NCBI GenBank assembly: GCA_965202625.1
Contig: CBDBBI010000010.1
Location: 1,920,001 to 1,984,000, forward strand
Length of the DNA: 64,000 nt
Source: a bacterium
GTDB taxonomy: Bacteria > UBA8248
Direction of reading: 5' to 3'
The position numbers and the translations under genes are program-made. Each line of letters begins with the position of its first letter. The stretch's first letter is position 1. The notes below the pieces were generated by a model. That model was not told the origin of the DNA and searched no databases. It saw only the letters and a list, made by a program, of their open reading frames with translations. Positions 52,696-63,815 of the stretch are shown piece by piece.

Positions 52696-53895
52696 ATGAA
52701 TGAACTGAAAAAAATGCCGCTTGAGGGCGTCAAGGTCATTGATGTGGGGACCTTGTTCGCCGGGCCTTGGATAGCTACCTACATGGCGGATTTCGGGGCG
52801 GAGGTCATCAAGGTCGAGCACCCGCGCGGCGACTCCCTCAGAAACTTCGCCTCCCAGAAGGACGGCGTCTCGCTGTGGTGGAAGCTGGCGAGCCGAAACA
52901 AAAAATCTATCACCTGCGATATCTCTGCACCGGAAGGAGGAGAGATACTCCGCGCGCTCTCCGAGAGCGCAGACGTGCTGGTGGAGAACTTCCGTCCAGG
53001 CACCATGGAGCGATGGGGACTCTCCTGGGAGCGTCTCCACATGCTCAACCCGAAGCTCATTCTGGCGCGAACGAGCGGTTTCGGACAAGAGGGGCCCTAC
53101 GCGCACAGGCCCGGCTTCGGTACGCTGGCGGAGGCGATGAGCGGCTTTGCGCACATCACGGGCTTTCCCGACGGACCGCCTACCCTGCCGCCCTTCGCGC
53201 TGGCCGACGGCATCAGCGCGCTGTGCGGCGTCTACGCCGTGATGATGGCACTCTACCATCGCGACGTGCACGGCGCGTCCGGCCAACAGATCGACGTCGC
53301 GATTTACGAGCCCATCGCCACAATACTGGGCCCGCAACCGCTCGAATACGATCAGCTGGGCCTCGTCCAGACGCGCACGGGAAACGCCATTCCCTTCGCC
53401 GCGCCCAGAAACGCCTACCGTTGCAAGGACGGCCGATACGTCGTGATATCAGCGAGTGCGGAGAATATATTCAAGCGCATCATGCGCGCCGTGGGGCGCG
53501 AGGACCTCGCCGATGACCCCAGAATGCGCACTCAAGCGGGGCGCGTGGAGAACGTGAAGGAGCTGGACGACGCCATTCAGCGCTGGATAGGTGCGCATAC
53601 CCTCGATGAGACCATCGCCCATTTCGAGGAGCATGAAGGCGCCTTGGGGCCCATTTACGACGTGGCCCAGTTCATGGCGGACCCCCACGTGCAAGCGCGA
53701 GGGAGCATCACCACCGTGGAGGACGAGGAGCTGGGGCCCCTGCGGATGCAAAACGTGATTCCGAAGCTGAGCGCCTCGCCGGGCGCGATTCGCTGGGCAG
53801 GGCCTCCAAAAGGCAAGCACACGGAAGAGGTGCTCGGGAAAATCGGATACGACCGCGTGGGGATAGCAGCGCTGAGAGACAAGGGCGTCGTCTAG
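52696..53895 (+). CDS. CaiB/BaiF family III CoA-transferase
   Basis: PLEGVKVID, GAEVIKVE, RNKKS, ENFRPG, SGFGQEGP. Confidence 0.92.
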   Translation: MNELKKMPLEGVKVIDVGTLFAGPWIATYMADFGAEVIKVEHPRGDSLRNFASQKDGVSLWWKLASRNKKSITCDISAPEGGEILRALSESADVLVENFRPGTMERWGLSWERLHMLNPKLILARTSGFGQEGPYAHRPGFGTLAEAMSGFAHITGFPDGPPTLPPFALADGISALCGVYAVMMALYHRDVHGASGQQIDVAIYEPIATILGPQPLEYDQLGLVQTRTGNAIPFAAPRNAYRCKDGRYVVISASAENIFKRIMRAVGREDLADDPRMRTQAGRVENVKELDDAIQRWIGAHTLDETIAHFEEHEGALGPIYDVAQFMADPHVQARGSITTVEDEELGPLRMQNVIPKLSASPGAIRWAGPPKGKHTEEVLGKIGYDRVGIAALRDKGVV

Positions 53896-53900
53896 CCCTG

Positions 53901-54803
53901 ATGAGGGAGACCCCGCACCACTGCGCCTTCGTCTTTCACAGAAATTACTGCGCCGACATCGGCCCCCATGTCCTGCGAGCCGAAAAATACCAGAAGACCC
54001 ACGATAGACTACGAGAGGCCGGGCTGCCTGAGAGCGTTTTTCTGGCGCCTCGGGCGGCTACAGAGGAGGAAGTCCGCCTCGTCCACACCCATGAATACGT
54101 TTCGGACCTGCGCTCGAGCGCGCACACCGCCCGCACAATTTCGAGCGAGATCCCCATCAGCGAGGAGATCGTCGAAGCCGGCTTTCTGGCGACCGGCGGG
54201 ACCATCCTCGCCGCGCGTGAGGCGCTCGAAAGGGGCCGTGCCCTGAACCTCAGCGGGGGATTCCACCACGCCTTCGCCGATCGGGCGGAGGGGTTTTGCT
54301 ACGTCAACGATTTGGCGGTCGCCATCCGCGTCCTTCAAAGGGAAGGCGCCATATCGAGGGCGGCGGTGATCGACAGCGACCTTCACCAAGGAAACGGCAC
54401 CGCCGTCATATTCAGACGAGACGACGCTGTGTTCACCTTCTCCATTCATCAGGAAAACATCTATCCCCATAAGAGGAGGAGCGACATCGACGTTGGCCTC
54501 TACGATCTCGCCACCGAGGAAGAATACCTGCCTCATCTAAAGAAGTGCCTGCCCCAAATACTGGATGAGCACAAGCCCGACCTCGCAATCTACCAGGCGG
54601 GGGCGGACCCCTACGCCGGAGACCAGCTCGGAACCCTCCAGCTCTCGAAGGAGGCCTTGGGGAGGCGCGATGAATGCGTTCTTGAAGCGTGCCTCGCGCG
54701 CGGGGTTCCCGTCGCAGGCACTCTGGGGGGCGGATACGCCCTGAACCCCGAGGACACGGTGGACATCCACTTTCAGACGGCTTTGCGCTTTTGGGAAGTT
54801 TAG
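53901..54803 (+). CDS. histone deacetylase family protein
   Basis: GGFHHA, GFC..ND, D.DLHQGNG, QAGADP..GD.LG, GGGY. Confidence 0.92.
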   Translation: MRETPHHCAFVFHRNYCADIGPHVLRAEKYQKTHDRLREAGLPESVFLAPRAATEEEVRLVHTHEYVSDLRSSAHTARTISSEIPISEEIVEAGFLATGGTILAAREALERGRALNLSGGFHHAFADRAEGFCYVNDLAVAIRVLQREGAISRAAVIDSDLHQGNGTAVIFRRDDAVFTFSIHQENIYPHKRRSDIDVGLYDLATEEEYLPHLKKCLPQILDEHKPDLAIYQAGADPYAGDQLGTLQLSKEALGRRDECVLEACLARGVPVAGTLGGGYALNPEDTVDIHFQTALRFWEV

Positions 54804-54871
54804 GATTTCCTTTCCCCAGAAGCCATGTATACTGCTCCGCATAGCCGCAATTCCCAAAAACAAGGAAGCGA

Positions 54872-56179
54872 ATGCCCACGTTTTCCAAAAGCGCCGCCGC
54901 CAAAAAGCCAAATTTCTACTACGGCTGGCTCATCGTCTGGCTCTCCTTCGGAACACTGGCGTTTCACGTCGTCACTCGGTTTTCCTTCGGCATCTTTCAG
55001 GTTCCCCTGATCCAGGAGTTCGGCTGGAGCCGGGGGGTTTTGGGCGGTGCCTTCTCCCTTTCCATGGCCGTATACGCCTGCGGCTCGCCATTTGCGGGCT
55101 CGCTGCTGGAAAAAAGAGGGCCGCGCGCCCTGATGCCTTGGGGGTCCGTCCTGCTGGGCACCACGTTCGTGGGATGCTTCTTCATCACCTCGCTCTGGCA
55201 CGTGTATGTTCTCATCGGCCTCTGCGCAGGGTTTGGCCTTTCTCTGAGCGGCTTCTCTACGCACAGCGCCATCATTCCGCGGTGGTTCGTGAAAAAAAGG
55301 GGCCGCGCCACGGGAATCGCCCTCTCCGGCATCGGAATCGGCATTCTCGTCCTCGCCCCTGTCCTCGAACGCCTCATCGCCTCCGTCGGCTGGCGCCTCA
55401 CCTACTTGCTCTACGGGCTCGTCATCCTCTGCGTCGTCGCGCCGGGGGGATTTCTGCTCCTTCGAGACGTGCCGGAGGACGTGGGCCAGGGGCCGGACGG
55501 GGGCGCACCGCGCACGCCGGAGGAGATGGCGAAGTCGGGGGTCGGCCACGGCGGCGAGGGCAAGGGAGTCTGGGAGGTTTTCGCCGCCGTAAAAAACGAC
55601 GTTCGCTTTTGGTGCCTCATCCTGATGGTGTTCGCCATCGGCCTCAACAACAACACCATAATGAGCCAGCTTCAGCTGTATCTCGTTGACGCCGAATACA
55701 GCACGGCGGCGGCGGCCGTCATCTTCGGCGCGGTTGGGTTCATCAGAACCCTGGGCAGCGTGGGCGGAGGATGGATGGGGGACGTCATCGGGCGCGGGCG
55801 CGGGGTGGCACTCTCCGCCCTGGTGGTCGCCACCGGACTAACGCTTCTACTGCTCATTCCCCATTTCGGTGGAGGCACTCTGCCGGGCTACGCTTTCGCG
55901 CTGGTGTACGGAGTCGGCATCGGCGGCATGAGCACCTGCTATTCCGCCCTCGCGGGAGATTGCTTCGGGGGACGGACCTATGGCGTGATCATCGGCTTCA
56001 TGGAGATCTGCTACGGCTTGGGCGGCGTCCTCGGCCCGCCGTTCGCGGGACTGATGTACGACTACACGAAAAGCTACCTTCTACCGTTCACGACTATCAT
56101 CGTATTCATGTTCGTTTCGATGGGACTCGCTCTATGGCTACAAGAATACATGAAGAGGCATGACCTCGCCCCGAAATAG
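54872..56179 (+). CDS. MFS transporter (OFA/MCT-like)
   Basis: YYGWLIV, about 12 TM, WF.KKRG.ATG, G..GD..GR motif A. Confidence 0.9.
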   Translation: MPTFSKSAAAKKPNFYYGWLIVWLSFGTLAFHVVTRFSFGIFQVPLIQEFGWSRGVLGGAFSLSMAVYACGSPFAGSLLEKRGPRALMPWGSVLLGTTFVGCFFITSLWHVYVLIGLCAGFGLSLSGFSTHSAIIPRWFVKKRGRATGIALSGIGIGILVLAPVLERLIASVGWRLTYLLYGLVILCVVAPGGFLLLRDVPEDVGQGPDGGAPRTPEEMAKSGVGHGGEGKGVWEVFAAVKNDVRFWCLILMVFAIGLNNNTIMSQLQLYLVDAEYSTAAAAVIFGAVGFIRTLGSVGGGWMGDVIGRGRGVALSALVVATGLTLLLLIPHFGGGTLPGYAFALVYGVGIGGMSTCYSALAGDCFGGRTYGVIIGFMEICYGLGGVLGPPFAGLMYDYTKSYLLPFTTIIVFMFVSMGLALWLQEYMKRHDLAPK

Positions 56180-56187
56180 GGAGGCGT

Positions 56188-56817
56188 TCATTTGAGGTTC
56201 TTCAAATATCTCTTCACTTCGTATCGCGCGGAAACCTCTGAAAATTTCTTTCGCATCGCCTCCCTTTTACCGCGCTCGCCCATCTCCTCGGCGATCGAGG
56301 GCAGGCCCCGTCGCCTGGCCGTCACCCCCGCTCATAGTTCCTAGGCTTCCCCGAGCGCACGCTCGGGGGCGCGGGAGTATTTCTCTTGGCCAGTTCGACA
56401 AAATTCTCTCCCCTGTCAAGCTTCTCGACCAAATCCTTCGTCTCTTTCTCTGATAACACCATGATGTGGGAGGCGGTGACTTTATCCCCTTCGGTATATT
56501 TTGACTTGTTCTCCTCATACTTCGTTCGCACCGCAGACACCTCGGGCTTCGCGCTCTCCTCGACCCTGCGAATGGCCTCGCCGATGAGAATCTCGCGCCG
56601 CGCATACTCCATGCGCATCCTCACCTGCGCGCTGGCGAGAAAATTGTTGTCGTTCGCGTATTGAAGCATGAGCTAGCGGTAAATGAGCGTCTCCAAAAGC
56701 GCTGCTTTGTTCGTTCGCGCCTCCGCCTGCAAATAGGCCGACGGACGCAAGAGAGACGAAAACCAACGAAGCGGCGAGCGCGAGCCTCCCTCTTGGGGCG
56801 ATGCGTCGAAACGTCAT
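56188..56817 (-). pseudogene. fragmented PpiC/PrsA-type peptidyl-prolyl isomerase
   Basis: Signal-like N-terminus, frameshift, in-frame TAG at 56673-56675 (LLETLIYR*LMLQYA), ASHIMV and GENFVELAK rotamase motifs, then a deletion; plausible tail KREAMRKKF...YLKNLK* at 56188. Confidence 0.7.
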
Positions 56818-56866
56818 GAGACGATCTCCCAAAAGTATGGCCAAGCAGCATTATCTTCCCCGCCAC

Positions 56867-57577
56867 TCAGGGTGCGCGCTCCATGCGCTTCGGCCCGATG
56901 AGCAAAACGCACTCACCCTTGATTCTTTTGCCATTCAGCCTCTCACGCAGCCCCTGTGCCGTGTCCCTGAGAATCTCCTCATGCAGCTTTGTGAGCTCGC
57001 GCGCCAGGGCGAGAGGACGCGCAGGCGCGACGGCTGCGATCTCGCCGATCAGGTTCACGACCCTGTGTGGCGACTCGAACAGGACGACAGTGCGCTCCTC
57101 CTCCAAAAGCACATCCATCGCCTTATGCCTTTTTCGCCCCTTGGGAGGGAGGAACCCCTCAAAAGCGAATCTGTCCGTGGGTAGGCCGGAGGCGATCAAG
57201 GCGGCCAGAACGGACGATGCGCCGGGCACGGGAACGACCTCGACGCCCGCCTCGATCGCCGCGCACACCACTCGATAGGCGGGATCGGAAACTCCCGGCG
57301 TTCCGGCGTCCGACACGACGGCGACGCGCGCGCCCCCAAGCGCGCGCCCGGCCAACTCCTCCGCACGCTTCACCTCGTTGTGCTCGTGGTAGCTCAAGAG
57401 CGGCTTCTTGATTCCGAGCCGGGCCAGCAACCTCCCCGTCCGGCGCGTGTCCTCGCACGCCACCAAGTCGCACTCGCCCAACACCCTGCGACCACGCTCG
57501 GAGACGTCCTCCAAGTTTCCAATCGGCGTGGCGACCAGATAGACGCCGGGTGAGAGGGGGGACGGCGATTTGGCCAT
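56867..57577 (-). CDS. rsmI: 16S rRNA C1402 2'-O-methyltransferase
   Basis: LVATPIGNLED, EDTR, SDAGTP.VSDP, FESPHR, RELTK.HEE. Confidence 0.95.
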   Translation of the reverse strand: MAKSPSPLSPGVYLVATPIGNLEDVSERGRRVLGECDLVACEDTRRTGRLLARLGIKKPLLSYHEHNEVKRAEELAGRALGGARVAVVSDAGTPGVSDPAYRVVCAAIEAGVEVVPVPGASSVLAALIASGLPTDRFAFEGFLPPKGRKRHKAMDVLLEEERTVVLFESPHRVVNLIGEIAAVAPARPLALARELTKLHEEILRDTAQGLRERLNGKRIKGECVLLIGPKRMERAP

Positions 57578-57581
57578 TCAA

Positions 57582-58784
57582 TCAAGCTATGACGCCAGCG
57601 TTCCGCAGATTTTTTATCTCATCATCGCTTCTACCGAGCTCTCGAAGCACTTCATCGGTATGCTCCCCCAAAAGGGGCGCCGGCGTTCTCACGCCGACCG
57701 GCGTCTCAGAGAGTTGGGGCGGGAAGCCGAGAACCTGCATTCGGCCTGCTGTGGGATGTTCGACCTCCACGCTCATCCGCCGGGCCTGAATCTGGGGATG
57801 CGCGAACGTCTCCGCCATGTTCAGTATCGGGCCGCATGGAACTCCTCCCGAATCGAGAAGCGCCACCCACTCGGCTCGCGTCTTTTGCGCAAACACCCCG
57901 TTCAGCTCCTCGGCGAGTTTCAGGTAGTTCTCGCGCCTTAGGCCGTCCGTGGCGTATTCCGCGCGGCGCATGAGGTCTTCGCGCGCGATCGTCCGACAAA
58001 AATGCTCCCAGTTTCTCTGGTTGGCCGCGCCGAGCGCCAGATATCCATCCTTGCACTGAAAGGCCTGGTAAGGGGCCGTCATCTCGTGCGCGGAACCCAG
58101 CGGCGCGGGCGGCTCGCCCGAGGGGAAGAACTGAGACGCCTGCCAGAAGGTATAGCCGAGGCCCGCGTCGGTCAGCGCCACGTCAATGTGCTGCCCCTCA
58201 CCGGTGCGCTGCCGGTGGACATAGGCGCACAGAACCGACAGCGCCGCATACATGCCCGCGTTCAGATCGCATATCGGCACGGGTATTTTTGCGGGTGCGC
58301 CGCCAGGCTCACCCGTGAAGCTCATGAGGCTGGAGAACCCTTGCGACACCAGGTCGAAGCCGGCCTTACCGGCGAAGGGGCCCGTGTCGCCATAACCGGA
58401 GATGGAGGCATAGATGAGGCCCGGGTGGATTCCCTTCAGCACCTCGTAGCCGAGGCCTAGTTTGGTCATGGTGCCAGGCCTGACGTTCTCCACCAGCACG
58501 TCGAATTGCCTGACAAGTTCTTTCATCAGCGCAACGCCTTCGGGCGACTTCATGTTCACCGCCGCGCTGCGCTTGTTCCTGTTCAGGTTCATAAAACCGT
58601 GGGCCTCGCCGCCGTCAAAATATCGGCCCAGGCGTCGCGCGCTGTCCCCGCCCTCGGGGTTCTCCACCTTGACGACATCCGCGCCCATGTCCGCCAGCAG
58701 GCATCCACAGAACGGGCCAGCCATGACCTGGCAAACTTCCAGGACCCGAACGCCCTCAAGCGGGCCGCCCGTCTCTTGGCCCAT
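57582..58784 (-). CDS. CaiB/BaiF family III CoA-transferase
   Basis: PLEGVRVLE, GADVVKVE, NRNKRS, APLLGEHT. Confidence 0.92.
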   Translation of the reverse strand: MGQETGGPLEGVRVLEVCQVMAGPFCGCLLADMGADVVKVENPEGGDSARRLGRYFDGGEAHGFMNLNRNKRSAAVNMKSPEGVALMKELVRQFDVLVENVRPGTMTKLGLGYEVLKGIHPGLIYASISGYGDTGPFAGKAGFDLVSQGFSSLMSFTGEPGGAPAKIPVPICDLNAGMYAALSVLCAYVHRQRTGEGQHIDVALTDAGLGYTFWQASQFFPSGEPPAPLGSAHEMTAPYQAFQCKDGYLALGAANQRNWEHFCRTIAREDLMRRAEYATDGLRRENYLKLAEELNGVFAQKTRAEWVALLDSGGVPCGPILNMAETFAHPQIQARRMSVEVEHPTAGRMQVLGFPPQLSETPVGVRTPAPLLGEHTDEVLRELGRSDDEIKNLRNAGVIA

Positions 58785-58790
58785 CCTCTC

Positions 58791-59600
58791 TTATTTCCCT
58801 TGAAACTCAGGCGTGCGCTTAACCAGAAAAGAATCCACGCCCTCACGGAAGTCTGCAGTGTCGAAGCAGGCAAACTCGCGCATTCTCTCCTCATCTGTCA
58901 AAGAGGAGAGGCTCGGATCCGCCAGTATTTTCTTCACGAACTCCTTGTGCCATCGATGAACGAGGGGTGCCAGAGAAGCGACGCGCTCCGCCACCTCATA
59001 CGCCGCGCTCTCCACCTGCGCATCCGGCGCGACGCGCGCCAGAAAGCCCGCCTCCCGCATCTCCTGCGCCGTAAAAAGTTTGGCTGTGAGCAGCATGTCC
59101 ATCGTGCGCCCCGGTCCGATCGACTGCACGAAACGCCTGAGCTCCGAGCAACCCGCCACCAAGCCTAGCTTCGCCACCGGCACGCCGAAGCGCGAACCCT
59201 CGCCTGCGATGCGCAAATCCGTCGCGGCGGCCAGCTCCACGCCCCCGCCCACACAAGCGCCGCGGATGAGGCAAATAACGGGCTTGGAGAAAGCGTCCAC
59301 CGCGTCCAGTCCACGCAAAAACCCGCCTTCCGCGTAACGTCTTGCCTGCTCGGAGCTATAGCGCTCCTCCCGAAAGCGAGAGATGTCCGCCCCCGCCGAA
59401 AAGGCGCGTTCGCCCGCGCCCCGAAAAACGACGGCGCGCACGGAAGCGTCCCCCTCGAGATCCGGCATGAGACGGGCAATTTCCACCCACATCTCATATT
59501 CAATCGCGTTCATCTTCTCGGGCGCGTGAAGCGTTATCGTCGCCACCGCGCCTTTGCGGGAAAGACGTATTTTTCCGCCCGCACGCCGTTGCTCGCTCAC
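58791..59600 (-). CDS. enoyl-CoA hydratase/isomerase family protein (start uncertain)
   Basis: AFSAGADI, GGG.E, D.REG...F..KR.P.F.G. Confidence 0.88.
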   Translation of the reverse strand: MSEQRRAGGKIRLSRKGAVATITLHAPEKMNAIEYEMWVEIARLMPDLEGDASVRAVVFRGAGERAFSAGADISRFREERYSSEQARRYAEGGFLRGLDAVDAFSKPVICLIRGACVGGGVELAAATDLRIAGEGSRFGVPVAKLGLVAGCSELRRFVQSIGPGRTMDMLLTAKLFTAQEMREAGFLARVAPDAQVESAAYEVAERVASLAPLVHRWHKEFVKKILADPSLSSLTDEERMREFACFDTADFREGVDSFLVKRTPEFQGK

Positions 59601-59715
59601 CTCGAATCGCCTCGCATTATCCGCCCGGAGCACGGCGGCGCCATCAAGCACCCTGGCGTCAAGTTCGCATCCACCGCACCGCGCGTTGCCCATTGTTTGA
59701 TGGGAAAGGATAAAA

Positions 59716-59934
59716 CTACTCCTCCTGTCCGTCCCTATACTCCTCCAGCCACGCCATCTGGATGGCTTCGAGCTTGCCCTCCGTCGAGGCCATCGGATCG
59801 CCCTCAAAATCCTTCAGCCCGCACACCCAGTCGTGTAGATCGGTGAAACGAACGGAGAGAGGGTCGGTCTTCGGAAATTTTTCGTAAAGCGCGACGCCGA
59901 TGTCCTCGGCGTCCTCCCAACCAAACTTCTCCAC
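59716..59934 (-). CDS. iscX: Fe-S cluster assembly protein IscX
   Basis: W.D.EDI...L, DPLSVRFTDL, E.KLEAIQMAW.EE; GTG after AGGAG. Confidence 0.93.
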   Translation of the reverse strand: MEKFGWEDAEDIGVALYEKFPKTDPLSVRFTDLHDWVCGLKDFEGDPMASTEGKLEAIQMAWLEEYRDGQEE

Positions 59935-59959
59935 GAGCGGATCTCCTGAAGGGCAATTC

Positions 59960-60316
59960 CTAATGGGCGCTTTGCTCCCTCGCCGCATCCGGCCCCTCTT
60001 GAACCAGGTTCACGTTCCAGAACGGCACGTGCACCTCAATGACCTCGTCCGTCTCTCTCTCCAGCGTGGCCTGGCAGCCCAGGCGGCTATCGAGGTCCAC
60101 GTCGCGCGCGTCATCGAGCTGATCCTCCTCATCCTCGCTAGATTCATTGAAGAGATCCGCGCCGCTCCTAATCTTCACATGGCACGTCGAACAAGCGCAG
60201 ACGCCACCACAGGCGTGATCCAGATCGATGCCGTTCTCAAGAGCCGCTTCAAGAATATTCTCGCCCGCATGAATGTCGATGGTCTGTTTTTCGTCAACGA
60301 AATGAAGCTTCACCAT
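59960..60316 (-). CDS. fdx: ISC 2Fe-2S ferredoxin
   Basis: HACGGVCACSTCHV, SRLGCQ. Confidence 0.93.
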   Translation of the reverse strand: MVKLHFVDEKQTIDIHAGENILEAALENGIDLDHACGGVCACSTCHVKIRSGADLFNESSEDEEDQLDDARDVDLDSRLGCQATLERETDEVIEVHVPFWNVNLVQEGPDAAREQSAH

Positions 60317-60354
60317 TTTCCGTCCCCTGTGTTGCAAAGCCTCTCTTGCGGTTT

Positions 60355-62190
60355 CTAGTCTTTTAGGGCCTCGCTCACCCTCTTGTTCTCCAAAGCCGAC
60401 TTCAAAACACTGTCCATCATCCGCTCAGCCAGCGGCGTCGTGATGTCGTTTAGCGCGTCGATCGTCTCTCGAATCTGGCCCGGATCCTCCCCTCTACACG
60501 ACTCCTCCAAAGCGTTCACCGCCTCATAAATTCTAGTGCGCTCCTCGGAGGAGATCGCTTCCTCCCCATAATCGTCCAGCGCGCGCACCGTGGCCATAAG
60601 AATAGTTTCCGCCTCGTTCCTCGCCTCCAGAATCTGACGGGAGCGAACGTCCTGCTCCGCATGCTTGAAAGATTCCATCAGCATCCGCTCGACTTGCTCA
60701 TCCGTCAGCCCATACGAGGGCTGTACCTCTACCGAGGCCGCCTTGCCGCTTCTCAGATCGCGAGCCGTCACGTTCAGAATGCCATTGGCGTCGATCAGGA
60801 ATGTCACGTCCAATCGGGCGAGTCCCGCTGGAGCAGGGTCAATCGCCAGGCGAAAGCGCGCGAGCGAACGATTGTCTTTTACGAGCTCGCGCTCGCCCTG
60901 GAGAACGTGAATATCCACTCCTGTTTGATCGTCCTTGAACGTAGTGTAGGTTTCTTTGGCGCTCGTGGGAACCGTGGTATTTCGGGGAATGATCCATCCC
61001 ATGGCGCCGCCCATGGTCTCAATGCCCAGGGAAAGCGGCGTCACGTCAAGAAGCAACATGTCCTTTCTGCCGCCCGCCAGGATGTCCGCCTGCACCGCGG
61101 CGCCTAGGGCCACCACCTCGTCGGGGTTGATGCGCGCATGAGGCTCCTTCTTGAACAACTCCCGCACCATCCGGCGGATGATGGGCATGCGGGTGGCACC
61201 GCCCACGAGAACGACTTCATCCACCTGCTCGGGCGAGAAACCCGCATCCTTGAGCGCGCGCCGGCAGGGCGCCAGCGTCCGCTCGGCGAGCGGCGCGACG
61301 AGCGCCTCCATCTCCTCTCGGGCGAGGCACCCTTTATGAGCGAGCGGGACGCCGCCCAGATCGTCAAACTCATATTCCGCAAAGTCGTTCTTCGAGAGCG
61401 TCCGCTTGAGCCGCTCCGCCAAAAGCGTGAGTTCAGCCAACGCCTCGGGAGATTCGCCCAAATCCACGTCGTCCCGCTCGAGAATTTCAGACTGGATGTA
61501 GAGAGAGATTGAACGATCAAAATCGTCTCCGCCCAAACGAGTATCCCCTCCGGTGGCGAGCACCTCGAACACGCCCTCCTTGATTCTCAAGATCGAGACG
61601 TCAAACGTGCCGCCGCCCAGATCATACACCGCGACGATCCCCCGGTTTCGCTCATGAAGGCCATAGGCCAAGGACGCCGCCGTGGGTTCGCTGATGATGC
61701 GAAGCACATCGAGGCCCGCGAGTTTTCCCGCGTCTTTCGTCGCCTGGCGCTGCGCGTCATTAAAATACGCCGGAACGGTGATCACCGCTCTGAGCGCAGG
61801 CCGGCCGAGCACCTCCTCCGCCCTATCCTTTAAGTACCTGAGCACCAAGGCACTAATTTCGGGCGCGCTATACGAACGCCCCCGGGCACGCACGTGAACG
61901 ACTTCCCTCTCTTCCAAATCTATCGCGAAGGGTAGGTGGCGCGCCTCATCCTTGACGTCTTCATAGCCCCTGCCCATGAATCGCTTGATAGAAAAAACGG
62001 TGTTCCCGCTGTTCGAGACGCGATCGGCCTGCGCTTTGTCGCCGACGAGAACGCGATCGGGTCGAAAGCTCACCACAGAGGGCACAATGCCACGCTTACC
62101 CTCGGGAGCGAGGATCATCGGCTCGCCTTGCGCGACGGAGGCGACTAGGCTGTTGGTGGTGCCCAAGTCGATCCCAATGATCTCGTTCAT
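60355..62190 (-). CDS. hscA: Fe-S protein assembly chaperone HscA
   Basis: Hsp70 motifs [17 protein letters not shown]; [15 protein letters not shown]; isc context. Confidence 0.93.
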   Translation of the reverse strand: MNEIIGIDLGTTNSLVASVAQGEPMILAPEGKRGIVPSVVSFRPDRVLVGDKAQADRVSNSGNTVFSIKRFMGRGYEDVKDEARHLPFAIDLEEREVVHVRARGRSYSAPEISALVLRYLKDRAEEVLGRPALRAVITVPAYFNDAQRQATKDAGKLAGLDVLRIISEPTAASLAYGLHERNRGIVAVYDLGGGTFDVSILRIKEGVFEVLATGGDTRLGGDDFDRSISLYIQSEILERDDVDLGESPEALAELTLLAERLKRTLSKNDFAEYEFDDLGGVPLAHKGCLAREEMEALVAPLAERTLAPCRRALKDAGFSPEQVDEVVLVGGATRMPIIRRMVRELFKKEPHARINPDEVVALGAAVQADILAGGRKDMLLLDVTPLSLGIETMGGAMGWIIPRNTTVPTSAKETYTTFKDDQTGVDIHVLQGERELVKDNRSLARFRLAIDPAPAGLARLDVTFLIDANGILNVTARDLRSGKAASVEVQPSYGLTDEQVERMLMESFKHAEQDVRSRQILEARNEAETILMATVRALDDYGEEAISSEERTRIYEAVNALEESCRGEDPGQIRETIDALNDITTPLAERMMDSVLKSALENKRVSEALKD

Positions 62191-62834
62191 TCACTCTCCT
62201 CCAAAGCGCGCTTCAGGCTCGTGAGGGTATTCTCGATATAGTTTCTTTGACCGAGAATGGAACGCATTCTTTTCACCACTCCGGAGGGGGCGCGCGCCCC
62301 CCTAGCCATCGCCTCGTCCCAAGCGGCGCCCAAGTCCTCAAGCGCCGCGCGCTGACCGTCCCGAAGCGCCACAAAGCATTCGCTGGCCGCGCCCAGACGT
62401 TCTCGCAACCTTTCACTCTCCTCCTCGTCCGACGCGCGGCACCGAAACTCATCCGCCGCCTCCTGCGCCTCGAATATCTCCTCAAATAACTCGGGTGGCG
62501 GCTTCGCGTCGTTTTCCTCTAGATTTCCGCTTTCGAGCTCTACCAGATACGCCACGCGTGCAATCAGGTCCTTGAGTGTCTGATGCGCCTCGTTGAGGCG
62601 AGCGGTCGCATCCAAGCTTCTAATTCGAACCGAGGCGGGCGCATCCATGAAAAAATCAGGGTGAAGCTTCCGGCTCAACTCATAGAACCTGGATTCGAGC
62701 ATCTGGACGTCAAGCCCGAATTTTCGCGGCAACCCCAACAAGGCGAAGTGATCGATTTCAGCGGGAATAGACTCTATCCCGCCTTTCTCATCGAAAATGG
62801 AAAAGGCTTCGGTCTTCGCCGCTTCGCTCATCAC
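62187..62834 (-). CDS. hscB: Fe-S co-chaperone HscB
   Basis: J-domain LHPD, isc context. Confidence 0.9.
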   Translation of the reverse strand: MMSEAAKTEAFSIFDEKGGIESIPAEIDHFALLGLPRKFGLDVQMLESRFYELSRKLHPDFFMDAPASVRIRSLDATARLNEAHQTLKDLIARVAYLVELESGNLEENDAKPPPELFEEIFEAQEAADEFRCRASDEEESERLRERLGAASECFVALRDGQRAALEDLGAAWDEAMARGARAPSGVVKRMRSILGQRNYIENTLTSLKRALEESE

Positions 62835-62938
62835 GCGATTCCAAAGCCTCTCGAACCGCCAGGCGTAGTAAACTCAAAATAAAAACGCGTCGCTCTCCCT
62901 AACATCGCGTGGGCGCAGCGCGTTCCGTTCTGATTCGG

Positions 62939-63295
62939 CTAGGAGGAGAAGCTCTCTCCGCAACCACAAGACTGACGCGCGTTGGGGTTCTTGAACGTAA
63001 AACCCTTACCCATCAGCCCATCTTCAAAGTCCAGTGTTACGCCGGTCAGAAAAAGAAGGCTTTTTTTGTCCACAATTACCCGGACGCCGCCTTTCTCGAA
63101 AACCTCGTCCATCAAGGGATTGACGCGCTCCTCACCCTCAAATTGAAGAACATAGGAAAGGCCGGAGCAACCTCCCCCCTTCACGCCGACGCGAAGGACG
63201 CTCCCTTGCCGCCCCTCTTGCTCCATGAAGCGGCGCACGTTCTGCGCCGCCTTGTCGGTTATCCCTAGGCTCCATTTTTTCGTGACGGTCTCCAT
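62939..63295 (-). CDS. iscA: iron-sulfur cluster assembly accessory protein IscA
   Basis: GGGCSG, NPNA..SCGCGESF. Confidence 0.93.
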   Translation of the reverse strand: METVTKKWSLGITDKAAQNVRRFMEQEGRQGSVLRVGVKGGGCSGLSYVLQFEGEERVNPLMDEVFEKGGVRVIVDKKSLLFLTGVTLDFEDGLMGKGFTFKNPNARQSCGCGESFSS

Positions 63296-63333
63296 GGTTC
63301 TATCCTCCGCCCCACCCGGCAAGTCGGCCGCGC

Positions 63334-63744
63334 CTAGTGATGACCCTTGCGCTCGACAATGAGCATACCGTTTTTGTCGCGAAAATCATTCAAAGCAGTC
63401 TTGATGGCGTCTTCCGCCAGCACGGAGCAGTGAATTTTCACGGGCGGGAGGTTCAGCTCCTCAACGATCTGCGTGTTCTTGATTTCCTCCGCCTCGTCCA
63501 CCGTCTTTCCCTTGAGCCACTCCGTGGCCAACGAGCTCGAGGCGATGGCACTTCCACAGCCGAACGTCTTAAACTTCGCGTCTTCAATGACGCCTCTCTC
63601 GCTCACCTTGATTTGCAGCTTCATAACGTCGCCGCACTCGGGTGCGCCGACAACGCCCGTGCCCACGGCCTGATCGCCCTTGTCAAGCGACCCGACGTTG
63701 CGGGGGTTGTTGTAGTGGTCAACTACTTTATCGCTGTAAGCCAT
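63334..63744 (-). CDS. iscU: Fe-S cluster scaffold IscU
   Basis: MAYSDKVVDHY.NPRNVG, APECGD, FGCGSA, LPPVKIHCS. Confidence 0.96.
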   Translation of the reverse strand: MAYSDKVVDHYNNPRNVGSLDKGDQAVGTGVVGAPECGDVMKLQIKVSERGVIEDAKFKTFGCGSAIASSSLATEWLKGKTVDEAEEIKNTQIVEELNLPPVKIHCSVLAEDAIKTALNDFRDKNGMLIVERKGHH

Positions 63745-63815
63745 TTTGACGTTCTCCTTTTCGTTCGTTTCTGGAAGCCGCTGGTCCCGGCATAAGTATA
63801 TCCGCAAACGCTCGT

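Noticed and set aside
56673-56675. In-frame TAG considered as pyrrolysine or read-through
   Set aside because: The same gene also has frameshifts and deletions, and no pyl genes are present here.
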